Part shown: positions 1 through 10,685 of the stretch, one piece after another
Layout: each line of letters starts with the position of its first letter
Numbering within the stretch: the stretch's first letter is position 1
NCBI GenBank assembly: GCA_036676495.1
Contig: JAKFCT010000080.1
Span: 32,001-96,000, forward strand
DNA from: Candidatus Sericytochromatia bacterium
GTDB taxonomy: Bacteria; Cyanobacteriota; Sericytochromatia; S15B-MN24; UBA4093
Length of the DNA: 64,000 bases
Reading direction: 5' to 3'
Program-made: the position numbers and the translations under genes
The notes under the pieces: model-generated
What the model was told of the DNA's origin: nothing
Databases searched by the model: none
Seen by the model: only the letters and a program-made list of their open reading frames with translations

Positions 1-432
1 CCCCAGAAGGACGAGGTAGCGGCCGAAGTCCGAGCTTCCGGCTCTCAGCGCGATGAGGATGCCCGCGGCTCCGAAGCCCACCAGGGTCGAGGCGATGAGC
101 GTCAGGCTCAGCCCCAGGAACTTGCCGGTCATCACCTCGGAGCGCGTCACCGGCTGCGAAAGCAGCAATTCAAGCGCTCCGCGCTCGCTCGTGAGGCTCG
201 ACGTCCCAAGAAAGAGCGCAATCAGGGGCAAGAGGATCAGGACCAGGTTCAAGAGGCTGGCCGTCGTCCGGGCGAAGCCCGTCACCTCGGCGTAGCCCGC
301 CCCCACGAGGCCGAAGTACGAGAGGCCCATGGCCAGCAGCGCGAAGATGCCCGCGAAGATCCAGATGAGCTTGCTGCGCATGGCATCGACGAGCTCGCGC
401 TGCGCGATCACCCAGACGGCTTGCCAGTCCAT
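1..432 (-). CDS. nosY: NosY ABC transporter permease, running off the left edge of the window
   Basis: Not in the ORF track. Hand translation from ATG at 432 gives MDWQAVWVIAQRELVDAMRSKLIWIFAGIFALL...SLLNLVLILLPLIALFLG...ERGALELLLSQPVTRSEVMTGKFLG, the ABC-2/NosY signature. Starts 1 nt after the nosL stop. Confidence 0.88.
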   Translation of the reverse strand, partial: MDWQAVWVIAQRELVDAMRSKLIWIFAGIFALLAMGLSYFGLVGAGYAEVTGFARTTASLLNLVLILLPLIALFLGTSSLTSERGALELLLSQPVTRSEVMTGKFLGLSLTLIASTLVGFGAAGILIALRAGSSDFGRYLVLLG

Positions 433-433
433 G

Positions 434-874
434 CTACTTGCCCGTCACGAGGGACGACCACGAGACGATCGTGGCCTTGTACTTGGGATCGAGCTTCTTC
501 ACGCCCTCAGGGCCGGCGAAGGCCACGATCCCGGAGCGCATGGGCGTGGGGTAAGAGCTTTTGACGAAGGTCGCCTTCTCGATGGGAAGCCAGGCCTTGG
601 TCGCGAGGTCATGGACCCAGGCGCCCTGGACCTGCGATTCGCGGAGCCGTTTCTGCTTCCAGTAGGCCACCATGCACCCGATGTCGTCGAACTTCGCGAC
701 CGTGCGGTTTTTGAGGATGATCTCGGCGGAAAGCGGGATGCTGGTGATGGCCATGGTGCACGTGGCGCATTCATCGGCCTCGGTCATGATCTCGACGGGC
801 TTGCCCTGGCTGGTGAAGCCCACGAGCAGGAGAGCGGTCAGCGAGACCATCGTCGTTTTGACGAATGACGACAT
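434..874 (-). CDS. nosL: NosL copper chaperone
   Basis: CATCTM and KFDDIGCM motifs, TPMRSGIVAF near the C-terminus; nos cluster context. Confidence 0.9.
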   Translation of the reverse strand: MSSFVKTTMVSLTALLLVGFTSQGKPVEIMTEADECATCTMAITSIPLSAEIILKNRTVAKFDDIGCMVAYWKQKRLRESQVQGAWVHDLATKAWLPIEKATFVKSSYPTPMRSGIVAFAGPEGVKKLDPKYKATIVSWSSLVTGK

Positions 875-877
875 GGG

Positions 878-1810
878 TCACTCCTTTCCGGCGGGCTGTT
901 CCCGCGCGACGATCGCCATGAAGATGTCCTCGAGGGTGGCTTCCTCGGTGCGGAAGTCCTCGATCCGGGCCCCGCGGGCCTCGAGGTTGCGGAGCATGGC
1001 GGCCTTGTGGCGATCGTCGATCACGACCGTGAGGATGCCGTCGTGGAACTCCACCCGCCGCGCTCCGGCCTCGAGGGAGATGCGTTCGAGCGAGACGTCG
1101 CTGCGGGGGACCGTTTCGCGGGCGAGCTTGAGCGTCAAGCGGGTGGGCATCGCGAGGCTGTGGCGAAGGGCCTCCAAGGTGTCGAGCGCGACGATGCGCC
1201 CCTGGTGGCAGACGGCGATGCGGTCCGAGATGGACTCGACCTCGCCGAGCAGGTGCGAACTCAGCAAGATGGTGCTTCCTGCCGCCTGGCGCTCGCGAAT
1301 GATCTCCTTGAAGAGCTTCGAGCCCTCGGGGTCGAGCCCCGCGGTCGGCTCGTCGAGTACCAAGAGCCTGGGATCGCCGAGCAGGGCGACCGCCAGGCCG
1401 AGACGCTGGAGCATGCCTCCCGAGAAGCCCGCCGTGCGACGTTCGGCGACGTCCGCGAGACCGACTTTCCGCAGCAAGGGATCGATCTGGCCGGGAGTCG
1501 TCTTGCGCAGCTTCGCGTAGAAGGCCAGCACCTCGCGCGGGCTGAGGTTTTCGTAGAAGTGCACGCGCTGCGGCAGGTAGCCGATCAGGGCGCGGGCGCG
1601 GCGGGGCTCGCGGGCCACGTCGATGCCGTCGATCGTGATCGTGCCCGCGTCCGGCTGCACCAGCCCCACGATGCATTTGATCGTCGTGCTCTTGCCGGCG
1701 CCATTGGGGCCCAGGAGGGCCAGGACCTCGCCGGCGCGCGTATCGAGATCGAGCTCCCGGAGGGCTTTGACGCTTCCGAACTGCTTGGTGAGTTGGTTGA
1801 GGCTGATCAC
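878..1810 (-). CDS. nosF: NosF ABC transporter ATPase
   Basis: Walker A GPNGAGKST, signature FSGGMLQR, Walker B LVLDEP, SSH loop; lies between nosD and nosL. Confidence 0.92.
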   Translation of the reverse strand: MISLNQLTKQFGSVKALRELDLDTRAGEVLALLGPNGAGKSTTIKCIVGLVQPDAGTITIDGIDVAREPRRARALIGYLPQRVHFYENLSPREVLAFYAKLRKTTPGQIDPLLRKVGLADVAERRTAGFSGGMLQRLGLAVALLGDPRLLVLDEPTAGLDPEGSKLFKEIIRERQAAGSTILLSSHLLGEVESISDRIAVCHQGRIVALDTLEALRHSLAMPTRLTLKLARETVPRSDVSLERISLEAGARRVEFHDGILTVVIDDRHKAAMLRNLEARGARIEDFRTEEATLEDIFMAIVAREQPAGKE

Positions 1811-3159
1811 GCGAAGGCCTTTCTGACGAGGACGAGCGGCAGGATTCCGAGGAGCAAGGCAAGGACTGAGATCCCGAGCATCGCCAGGTCGACGCCACCG
1901 GCGCCCAGGGCTTTGGCGTCGCTCTCGACGGTCGGTTTCATGCTGGGGGACGGATCCTTCACGTTCGGGACGTTGACGATCGGAAAGGTGCGTTCGGCGA
2001 ATTCGAGCGCCTGGATGGCGGGGCTCAGGAGGAAGAGCCGGGCGGGTGGCATGTTCTCGGTGAGGTAGGAGAAGACGCTTCCCGCCATGTGAGAGACGTC
2101 GCCCCGTCCGTTGCCGTCGAGGTCGTAGCCCCGGTAGTCGCTCCAGTAGTTGCCGTCCCAGCGGTTTTCGCTGCGACCGGTCGGAAGGGCGGCGGATACG
2201 GCGTTGCCGGCGATGGTGTTGTTCCGGAAGTCGTTGGCTTCCGAGCTGCCCCGCAGCTCGATGCCGAGATCGTTGCCGACGATCCGGTTACGGGCGACGG
2301 TCAGGCCGATGGCTCCGTCCATGAAGATCCCGACGCGGTTGCCCAGGATGGCGTTGCCCTCGACGACGGACTGCTCGCAATCCTTGATGAGAAGGCCGTA
2401 GTCGCGAAAGCCTCGGTTGCCCGCGAAGATGTTGTCGCGCAGGGTGAGCCGCTGGCTGAACATGACCGCGGAGCCCGCCTCGGATTCGGTGAAGCGGTTA
2501 TTCGAGAAGGTATTGTCGTCCGAGTACATGTAATGAAGGCCGTAGCGCGCCTTCGCCACGGCGTTGCCGGTGAGCGTATTGAAGGGAGAAGCATTGAAGT
2601 AGATGCCGTCGCGCGCCACGGAGATCCGGTTGTTCGAGATGCGGTTGTGCTGAGAGTCGAAGAGGCGGATGCCGTCGCCCCGGTCGCCGGGGGGGAGCTC
2701 GGCGAGGCCGCGGATCTCGTTGTCCAGGATGTCGGCGTTCTGGACGCTCATGAGGTAGATGCCGTAGAGCGACTGATCGAGGAGATTACCCTCGACGAGG
2801 GCTCCGGGAGCCGTGAGCTTGATGGCGGCGGAATCGGTGAGGGCTTCTCGGCCGCTGCCCGTCACGTGCAAGCCGCTGATCCGGCAATTCGGGGCGGTCA
2901 CGAGGATCACGTCTCCGTTGCCTCCCCCGTCGATGCGCGGCATGCCGTCGCCGATCAGGGTCAAGGTCTTGGAGAGGACGACGTTTTCGCGGTACTCCCC
3001 CGGGGCGATGCGCAGGACGTCGCCCGGCGAAGCGGCCTTGCTGGCCGCCGTGATGCTGGGGTAGCCACCCGGACCCACGCGAAGCTCGGCTGCATGGGCG
3101 TTCGCGACGACGAGGGTGCCGAGGAGCGTGGCGGCCAGGGCGAGGACGGTCCGCGTCAT
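1807..3159 (-). CDS. nosD: NosD beta-helix maturation protein with a C-terminal hydrophobic anchor
   Basis: Start MTRTVLAL at 3159 overlaps the nosB stop (ATGA). Motifs RGDGIRLF, RDGIYF, RYGLHYMYSDDN, GNYWSDYRGYDLDGNGRGD. Confidence 0.93.
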   Translation of the reverse strand: MTRTVLALAATLLGTLVVANAHAAELRVGPGGYPSITAASKAASPGDVLRIAPGEYRENVVLSKTLTLIGDGMPRIDGGGNGDVILVTAPNCRISGLHVTGSGREALTDSAAIKLTAPGALVEGNLLDQSLYGIYLMSVQNADILDNEIRGLAELPPGDRGDGIRLFDSQHNRISNNRISVARDGIYFNASPFNTLTGNAVAKARYGLHYMYSDDNTFSNNRFTESEAGSAVMFSQRLTLRDNIFAGNRGFRDYGLLIKDCEQSVVEGNAILGNRVGIFMDGAIGLTVARNRIVGNDLGIELRGSSEANDFRNNTIAGNAVSAALPTGRSENRWDGNYWSDYRGYDLDGNGRGDVSHMAGSVFSYLTENMPPARLFLLSPAIQALEFAERTFPIVNVPNVKDPSPSMKPTVESDAKALGAGGVDLAMLGISVLALLLGILPLVLVRKAFA

Positions 3160-3785
3160 ACCGCTCGCTTCCTGAGGTAGAAGACCAAGGCGACGACGGA
3201 GAGGAGCCAGGCCAGGATGAGCATGTAGCCGCCGATTCCGAAGTACCCGTAGGTCATGAAGTTGACGAGCTTGTTGCTGCCGAGGAGGGGCGGCGTGAAG
3301 CTCGGGACCTTCATCGGAGCATCCGGATCGAGGTTGTGCCCGTACTGGTAGAGCCGGTAATAGGCGGAGGCCAGGCCGCTCACGCCGGTGAAGGAGAGCA
3401 CGATCACGCTCGAGATGAGCGCCCAGGGGGACGCGAAGAGCGCGGCGACGGCGAGCAGGATGCACGCGAAGCCGAGGGCCAAGGGCATCCACGATAGCTC
3501 GCTGAAGTCCTCCTCGTGGATTTCCTTCATGCCGATGTAATGGTTGAGGGTGTTGATCTCGGCGATGTCGTCGATGGCGGGGTTGCCGCTGCCCTCGAAC
3601 TTGTAGGCGTAGACGTAGAGGTTCAGGGTCTCGGGGTACTGCGGCGCTTTCAAGTGGAGGTACCAAAGCGGAAAGGCGAAGGAGGCGAGCACCAGAATCG
3701 CCGCGGCCGCCGTGGCGAGTCGCTGCTTGGGTCCTAGCCGCAGGGGCTTCTCGTCGGAAGTGGGATGGTCAGTCGATTCGCTCAT
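3156..3785 (-). CDS. nosB: NosB, clade II nos-associated membrane protein (about 4 TM)
   Basis: PLW..L.APQYPE, INTLNHYIGMK and YGHNLDPDAPMKVPSFTPPLLG motifs; immediately downstream of nosZ. Confidence 0.88.
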   Translation of the reverse strand: MSESTDHPTSDEKPLRLGPKQRLATAAAAILVLASFAFPLWYLHLKAPQYPETLNLYVYAYKFEGSGNPAIDDIAEINTLNHYIGMKEIHEEDFSELSWMPLALGFACILLAVAALFASPWALISSVIVLSFTGVSGLASAYYRLYQYGHNLDPDAPMKVPSFTPPLLGSNKLVNFMTYGYFGIGGYMLILAWLLSVVALVFYLRKRAV

Positions 3786-3851
3786 GGGGGCCTCGTTATC
3801 GTGGCTTCCGAAGGGGTGAGGGCCCTGGCCGCGCCAGGACCCTCACGATGC

Positions 3852-5714
3852 TCAGAGGGGCTTGACGGTCAGGTAGCCTTGCATTTCCTGGTGCAATGCC
3901 GAGCAGAAGTTCGTGCAGTAGTAGGCATAGACTCCCGGTTTATTGGCGACGAACTTGACCGTCTTGGTCTCGCCGGGGTCCACGACCACGTTGATGTCGT
4001 ACTCGTTGAGGCCCCAGCCGTGGATCTCGTCGCGGGTTTGCTCCGCGTTGGTCAGGTGCACCGTCACGGTGTCGCCTTGCTGGACCTCGATGTTGCTGGG
4101 AGCGAAGAAGGTCCGGACCATGTAGAGCTTGACGTCGACGTTCTTGCCGCTGCGGGTGACCTTGGCATCGCCTGGAAGCCAGATGGAGTTGGGGTTCTTG
4201 TTCTCGGCCTTGGGGTAGACCTCGAGCACCTTGATGGCGTCCGCCTTCAGGAACTGGGCCGCGTGGGGCTCGGGCTCGGTGAAGGCCTCGTAGAGCATGG
4301 TCATCTTGTTGCCCGTGATGTCGATCAGCTGCGAGGACTCGGGCTTGGAGGGGCCGGTGTTGATCTGCCGTCCCTTGGAGATCTTGTTGAGGGAGACCAT
4401 GTACTTGCCGTAGGGGTTCGCGGTGTTGCCGCCCGCGACGGAGAGGTGGCCGACGTTGTAGGAGACGGGGATCTTGTCGATCACCTCCCAGGTGCCGATC
4501 TTCCACTTGGTGATCGCGCTCTCGAGGAAGAGCGAGGTGTAGCCGAAGCCCTGATCGTCGTACTCGGTGTGCAGGGGCCCCATGCCCACGGGCACCTCGG
4601 CGGTCTTGACGGATTCGAACTTGATGACGGGCACGCCGTCCTCATTGCCGGTGAAGTCCTTGTTGGCGATCGCCTGCTGCATCTTGGCGAACTCGAAGAT
4701 GGTCGTGACGGGAGCGAGCTTGCCCGAGGCAGCCATGTACTTGCCGTCCGGGGTCACGTCGACGCCGTGGGGGCTCGTGGGCGTGGGAAGCAGGTAGACG
4801 ATGTTCGGAACCTTCTTGGGATCCAGCACCGGCACGCCGTTCACCCGGTCGGCCTTCCCGGCCGCGACGGCGGCTGCGGCGGCCTTCCAGTCGAGGGCCA
4901 CGACGTAGTCCTTGGGATTCTTTGAGGCCGTGACCTCCAGGCGCCCGGTGGCGCGCTCGGAGTTGTAACACGTCCAGAAAGCCCAGCCCTCGGAGGGACC
5001 CTTTCCTGGGCTGCCGAGATCGTAGTTGAAGGGCGGCATCAGGACCTGGAAGCCGGTCGACATCTCGCCGGTCGTGTTATCGACCTTCACGCCGGAGACG
5101 ATGCCCTTGTACTTCTGGGCATATTCGCTGACCGGAGCATAGGTGTTCGGCACGGGCACGGAGAAGCGGGCGGCGGATAGGATGTACTCGGTGTTGCCGG
5201 TGACGAAGCTCGAGCCGTGGTTGCCCATCACGTTGGGGATCTTGAGGATCTGGTGGGTCTTCATGTCGTTGAGGTTGATGCGCGCGACCCGGTTGTTGCC
5301 GTTGTCGTTGACGAAGAGCCAGCGACCGTCGTAGTTGCTGTTCGTCTGGGAGAGGGCGGGATGGTGGACGTCGCCCCAGGTATAGCCGCCGAGCATCTGC
5401 TTGGTCTCTTCGTCGTAGCCGTAGCCGGTGGCCGGGTAGGGGGTGAAGACCGGGATGGTGGCGATGTGGCGCATGGAGGGGACGCCTGCCAGGTAGACCT
5501 GACCGGAATGCCCACCCGAGTAGAACAGGTAGTACTCGTCCAGTTGCCCGGGCGGGACGAAGGTGCGCGCGGCGGCATCCGCGGCGACGCGACTCTCCGC
5601 GCCGCCCTCGGCGCCTCGCTGTGCTTGCCGTTCGCCGGACGGTGCGCAACCGGCGAGCGTGAGCATGCCCGCTGCTGTCAGTAGTGCCGCCATTTGCTTC
5701 GAGTGGTCTCTCAT
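3852..5714 (-). CDS. nosZ: Sec-dependent (clade II) nitrous-oxide reductase, predicted lipoprotein
   Basis: Seven CuZ His (DVHH, GNHG, SPHG, PLHT, VGHL, EPHA); CuA site IHGW plus CTNFCSALHQEM; no twin-Arg signal; lipobox LAGC. Confidence 0.97.
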   Translation of the reverse strand: MRDHSKQMAALLTAAGMLTLAGCAPSGERQAQRGAEGGAESRVAADAAARTFVPPGQLDEYYLFYSGGHSGQVYLAGVPSMRHIATIPVFTPYPATGYGYDEETKQMLGGYTWGDVHHPALSQTNSNYDGRWLFVNDNGNNRVARINLNDMKTHQILKIPNVMGNHGSSFVTGNTEYILSAARFSVPVPNTYAPVSEYAQKYKGIVSGVKVDNTTGEMSTGFQVLMPPFNYDLGSPGKGPSEGWAFWTCYNSERATGRLEVTASKNPKDYVVALDWKAAAAAVAAGKADRVNGVPVLDPKKVPNIVYLLPTPTSPHGVDVTPDGKYMAASGKLAPVTTIFEFAKMQQAIANKDFTGNEDGVPVIKFESVKTAEVPVGMGPLHTEYDDQGFGYTSLFLESAITKWKIGTWEVIDKIPVSYNVGHLSVAGGNTANPYGKYMVSLNKISKGRQINTGPSKPESSQLIDITGNKMTMLYEAFTEPEPHAAQFLKADAIKVLEVYPKAENKNPNSIWLPGDAKVTRSGKNVDVKLYMVRTFFAPSNIEVQQGDTVTVHLTNAEQTRDEIHGWGLNEYDINVVVDPGETKTVKFVANKPGVYAYYCTNFCSALHQEMQGYLTVKPL

Positions 5715-6088
5715 TCGACGCCCCTTCTTTATCAGCTGGTTTGATTCCGCGACTCCGGGCTCGACCTTGCTGGACCGTGCTTCGACGCCGGGGACAAGCC
5801 TTCGCGCGCCCCGTGGAACCCCTGTCGAAAGCAGGAACGATGTCAGATTGTCACGTCAAGCAGGTTTTCTGCTTGAATCCTGGACCTGCCATTTGTAACA
5901 AATCTTTTCGATTCATGCAAATACACGATTGAAGGTTGCGCGCAGGGAGGGGCAGCCCTCGGCATGCTTCGGCAGGCGTTTTGCCAGGCCAAGGGAAAGC
6001 AGGCGAGTGGCCGGCTGGGGCGGATTGGGGCGGATTGGTGCAGGTGCTTTGACGGGCAGGGCGCGTCGTGCGTCTCAGGGGACGGGCG

Positions 6089-6970
6089 TCACGGCAGGGG
6101 AATGAAGGCTTCGCGGTCGCCTGGTGGAAGGGCGATGCGGCCGGATTGCCAGTCGGCCTTGGCCTGCTCGATGCGCTCCTTGCTGGACGCCACGAAGTTC
6201 CACCAGATGTGACGGGGGCCGACGGGCTCGCCGCCCAGCAGCATGACGGTGGAGGGCTCGAGGGCTTCGAGGGTGGGGGAGGCGCCGGGGGCGAAGACGA
6301 GCATCTGGCCCCGAGGGTAGGCCTGGCCGGAGACCTCGATGCGGCCCCGGACGACGTACGCGGCGCGCTCTGGGTAGCCGGTCGGAAGCGGGGTCTGCGC
6401 GCCGGTCTGAAGCTCGACGTGAAGGTAGAACAGGGGCGAGTGCGTCTTCACGGGCGCGGTGACGCCGAAGGCCGAGCCCGCGATCAGGCGGCTGAAGGCG
6501 CCCGCGTCGTCGAAGGTCGGCAGAGCGGAGGTCGGGTGGTGGGCGAAGCCGGGCTCGCTTTCTTCGTCCTCGGTGGGAAGCGCCACCCAGGCCTGGAGCA
6601 ATTCGAGCGTGCCGCCATTCGCCTGGAACTCGCCTTCGAGGCGCTCGGAGTGGCTGACGCCCCGGCCCGCGATCATCCAGTTCACGTCTCCGGGCCGGAG
6701 CATCTGCTCGGCGCCGGTGCTGTCCCGGTGCATCATCTCGCCGGCGAGGAGATAGCTCACGGTCGAGAGGCCGGTATGAGGATGCGGCAAGACATCTGCC
6801 GCTGTCCCGAGGTTTGGGGCGACGGCGAGCGGGCCCGCGTGATCCAGGAAGGTGAACGGTCCCACCATCCGCTGTTCGCGGTAGGGCAGGACGCGGGCGA
6901 CCTCCATCGCTCCGATGTCGGCCTTGCGGGCCTGGATGATGCGGTTGAGCATCGGCATGGTTTCGCTCAT
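6089..6970 (-). CDS. Pirin family protein
   Basis: VGPFTFLDH, PHPHTGLSTVSYL, HRDS, MIAGRGVSHSE, WWNFV. Confidence 0.93.
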   Translation of the reverse strand: MSETMPMLNRIIQARKADIGAMEVARVLPYREQRMVGPFTFLDHAGPLAVAPNLGTAADVLPHPHTGLSTVSYLLAGEMMHRDSTGAEQMLRPGDVNWMIAGRGVSHSERLEGEFQANGGTLELLQAWVALPTEDEESEPGFAHHPTSALPTFDDAGAFSRLIAGSAFGVTAPVKTHSPLFYLHVELQTGAQTPLPTGYPERAAYVVRGRIEVSGQAYPRGQMLVFAPGASPTLEALEPSTVMLLGGEPVGPRHIWWNFVASSKERIEQAKADWQSGRIALPPGDREAFIPLP

Positions 6971-7299
6971 GGGGGTGTTTCCTTCGTTTCAGGGGCGCCT
7001 GCCCAGGTGCGAAGGGCGTCCAGGGCGGGGCGCAGGCCTTCCCCGCGTGGCGTCAAGCGGTAGGTGACTGCCAGGGGCGGGCCCGGGTCGACCTCGCGCT
7101 CGACGAGGCTGCATTCGGCGAGCTCGGTCAGGCGCTCATCGAGCATGCGCTTGGAGATCTGCGGAATCGCGCGCGCGATCTCGTTGAACCGCGCGGGCCG
7201 CTGCAGCAAGACGTCGATGATGGGCCCCATCCAGCGTTTCCCCAGCATGCGGAAAACGGCTTCGGTGTACGGACAGGCATGAAGGTCGAACGCAGTCAT
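6967..7299 (-). CDS. HxlR-family winged-helix regulator with N-terminal Cys
   Basis: ACPY...LGKRW, RFNEI, ISKRML..RL.EL, V.Y.LT.RG; stop overlaps the pirin start. Confidence 0.92.
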   Translation of the reverse strand: MTAFDLHACPYTEAVFRMLGKRWMGPIIDVLLQRPARFNEIARAIPQISKRMLDERLTELAECSLVEREVDPGPPLAVTYRLTPRGEGLRPALDALRTWAGAPETKETPP

Positions 7300-7318
7300 A
7301 AGGGTAATTTACCCCACC

Positions 7319-7337
7319 AGGTTACTATTGACAACCT
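7319..7337. promoter_or_regulatory. Candidate HxlR operator between divergent genes
   Basis: Inverted repeat AGGTT-actattgac-AACCT, next to the near-palindrome GGGTAATTTACCC (7302-7314). Confidence 0.4.
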
Positions 7338-7434
7338 CGTTCAGCGGGTGTTTGGATGGTGCTAATCGTCGCGTAATATCCCCATGGTAGACATGGGGGA
7401 AAGCCCGGCCCCGACGTCTCGACGGAGTTTCCAG

Positions 7435-8277
7435 ATGAGCATCGCGTTCTCGCCCCTCCTCCCCACCGTGAATGCCAACCTCGGTGCCGGGTTCTCCGCC
7501 AACCGGATCGTCACGGCGCAGGTGGCGGCCCTGATGCAGCCGGTGATGGGGATGGATCACTTCCTCATGAGTGACGTCACGTTCGCTCCGCATCCGCATG
7601 CGGGCTTCTCGGCGGTCTCCTATGTCTTCGAGAGTTCCCCCGGCCGTCTCCGCAACCGGGACTCCTTGGGCAACGACTTCGAGATGGGGGCCGGCGGGCT
7701 GATCTGGACCCAGGCCGCCCGGGGAGTCGTTCACGACGAGCGCCCCGCCGAGCTGGGCAAAGCCGTGCATGGCGTCCAGATCTTCGTGAACCTCAGCTCC
7801 AAGAGCAAGGGCCTCACCCCGCGGGTCTTCCGGCTCGAGGGGAGTGACGTGCCGGTCTGGAAGGACGACGCGGGCGATCGCGTCCGGGTCGTCGTCGGCG
7901 CCTTCGGGGGCGTGAAGTCGCCCGTCGTGCCCGCGGAGCCCTTTCAGCTGCTGGACATCAAGCTGGAGCGGGAGATCGCGCTTCCCCTGGAGGCGGGCTG
8001 GAACGCCGTTCTTTACGTGCTCTCCGGCGAGGTCGCGCTCGCGACGGAGGGGGTGACGAGCCAGGTGGGGGAAGGGCAGGCGATCGCCCTGAGCGGCGAG
8101 GGGTCGGTCATGCTGACTGCCAAGAAGCCGGCTCAAGTGCTGGTGATGGCGGGCGTCGCGGTCGACGAGCCCATCGTCTCGTACGGCCCGTTCATCATGA
8201 ACACCGAGGCGCAAGTCGCCGAGGCGGTCCATCGCTTCCAGCAAGGGGGGATGGGGCACCTGGAGCCGCTGCCTTAA
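7435..8277 (+). CDS. Pirin family protein (second copy)
   Basis: FAPHPHAGFSAVSY, NRDSLGN, AARGVVHDE, EPIVSYGPFIMNT. Start MSIAF follows a GGAG RBS; the ORF track starts at 7384. Confidence 0.92.
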   Translation: MSIAFSPLLPTVNANLGAGFSANRIVTAQVAALMQPVMGMDHFLMSDVTFAPHPHAGFSAVSYVFESSPGRLRNRDSLGNDFEMGAGGLIWTQAARGVVHDERPAELGKAVHGVQIFVNLSSKSKGLTPRVFRLEGSDVPVWKDDAGDRVRVVVGAFGGVKSPVVPAEPFQLLDIKLEREIALPLEAGWNAVLYVLSGEVALATEGVTSQVGEGQAIALSGEGSVMLTAKKPAQVLVMAGVAVDEPIVSYGPFIMNTEAQVAEAVHRFQQGGMGHLEPLP

Positions 8278-8410
8278 CACGGATCCCTCGCTCCCATGGG
8301 GGGAAGCCCGATCTTTTGGGGATCGGCGCTTTGTGCTACTGTGGCATGAGACGGGTAATCCGTGTCATTGCGGGATTACCGACGTAACTGTAGGTGCAAG
8401 AGCGGAGCCG

Positions 8411-9781
<1,371 letters not shown>

Positions 9782-10017
9782 AGTTAACGTCGTTTCTACA
9801 GGTCAGCTACGCTTTACCACTAAAGCCGCTGGCGCTTCGAAACAGCCGCTGGCGCTAGCCCGTTTCGCGGGCGATGCTCGTGCAGCATGCCCTCGCTTCT
9901 TTGCCGGCTTATGAGTAGCATGGGAGGCGAGCGCTCGCGCCGGTTCCGTCGCGCCCCGGTGGGGACGACAGGCCGAGACGCCCAGCGGAAGCCAGAAGCT
10001 GCCAGAGGAGAGTCACG

Positions 10018-10500
10018 ATGAACCTGCGCGCGGTCTTTTTAGCCTCGACCTTGGCCTTGGGCCTGTCCGGCTGCGGGGATCTGCGGGGGCTTTGGACCTC
10101 GGTATTGCCTCGACCAGCCGATCCGGAAGTCCGGTGGGTTTCCGAGAGCACGGAGATCCTGGACCTGCGGGGGCCGGCGGCAGCGCGGATTGGGACGCCG
10201 GTGGCCTTGACGGTCCAGGTGGTGATCGGCAGCAGCAGTTGCAACCGGGCGGGCGAGGTGCTTCTCGACGTGGACGATGCGGCGCGGACGGTGACGGTGC
10301 GGGCCACGCGGCTGGCGGCGCAGGCGGATCCGCCGATTCCCTGCACGGATGATTACGGCTGGAAGAGCCAGACGGCGTCGTTCACTCCGGCGCAGGCGGG
10401 GACGTACCGGGTCGTGGCGGAGCGGTACAAGCCGGGCTTCGCGGCTCCGGGCGAGCCGGAGCCGCGCGGCGAGCTGTCGATCGTGGTCTCGGCCGAGTAA
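10018..10500 (+). CDS. Lipoprotein of unknown function (small beta-sandwich with a Cys pair)
   Basis: GAGGAG RBS, lipobox LSGC, GSSSC...PCTDD. Confidence 0.75.
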   Translation: MNLRAVFLASTLALGLSGCGDLRGLWTSVLPRPADPEVRWVSESTEILDLRGPAAARIGTPVALTVQVVIGSSSCNRAGEVLLDVDDAARTVTVRATRLAAQADPPIPCTDDYGWKSQTASFTPAQAGTYRVVAERYKPGFAAPGEPEPRGELSIVVSAE

Positions 10501-10685
10501 CTTCGGGGGATCTCCCGGCCCGCGGCGGCGGCCGTCCTTTGCTTGGTTGCTCTGCATGCGGTTCGTGCACGTTGGGCTCGCGTCTTCGCGGGCGCGCGCT
10601 TAGCATAGGGGCAGGACGCGCGCCGGTATCCGGCAGGAGCATCGGCGCGAGCCGGCAGGACGTCCGTTCGCGGGGGAAAGGCGCC

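Noticed and set aside
3160-3666. N-terminal extensions in the ORF track (nosD; also 37741-38784, 10754-10870, 60995-61750, 51487-51681)
   Set aside because: They overlap neighbouring real genes. Downstream starts have an RBS, a signal peptide or translational coupling.
5840-5935. FNR/CRP box upstream of nosZ (TTGTCACGTCAA, TTTGTAACAAA)
   Set aside because: Spacing and sequence do not fit TTGAT-N4-ATCAA or TGTGA-N6-TCACA. Only an AT-rich promoter region can be claimed.
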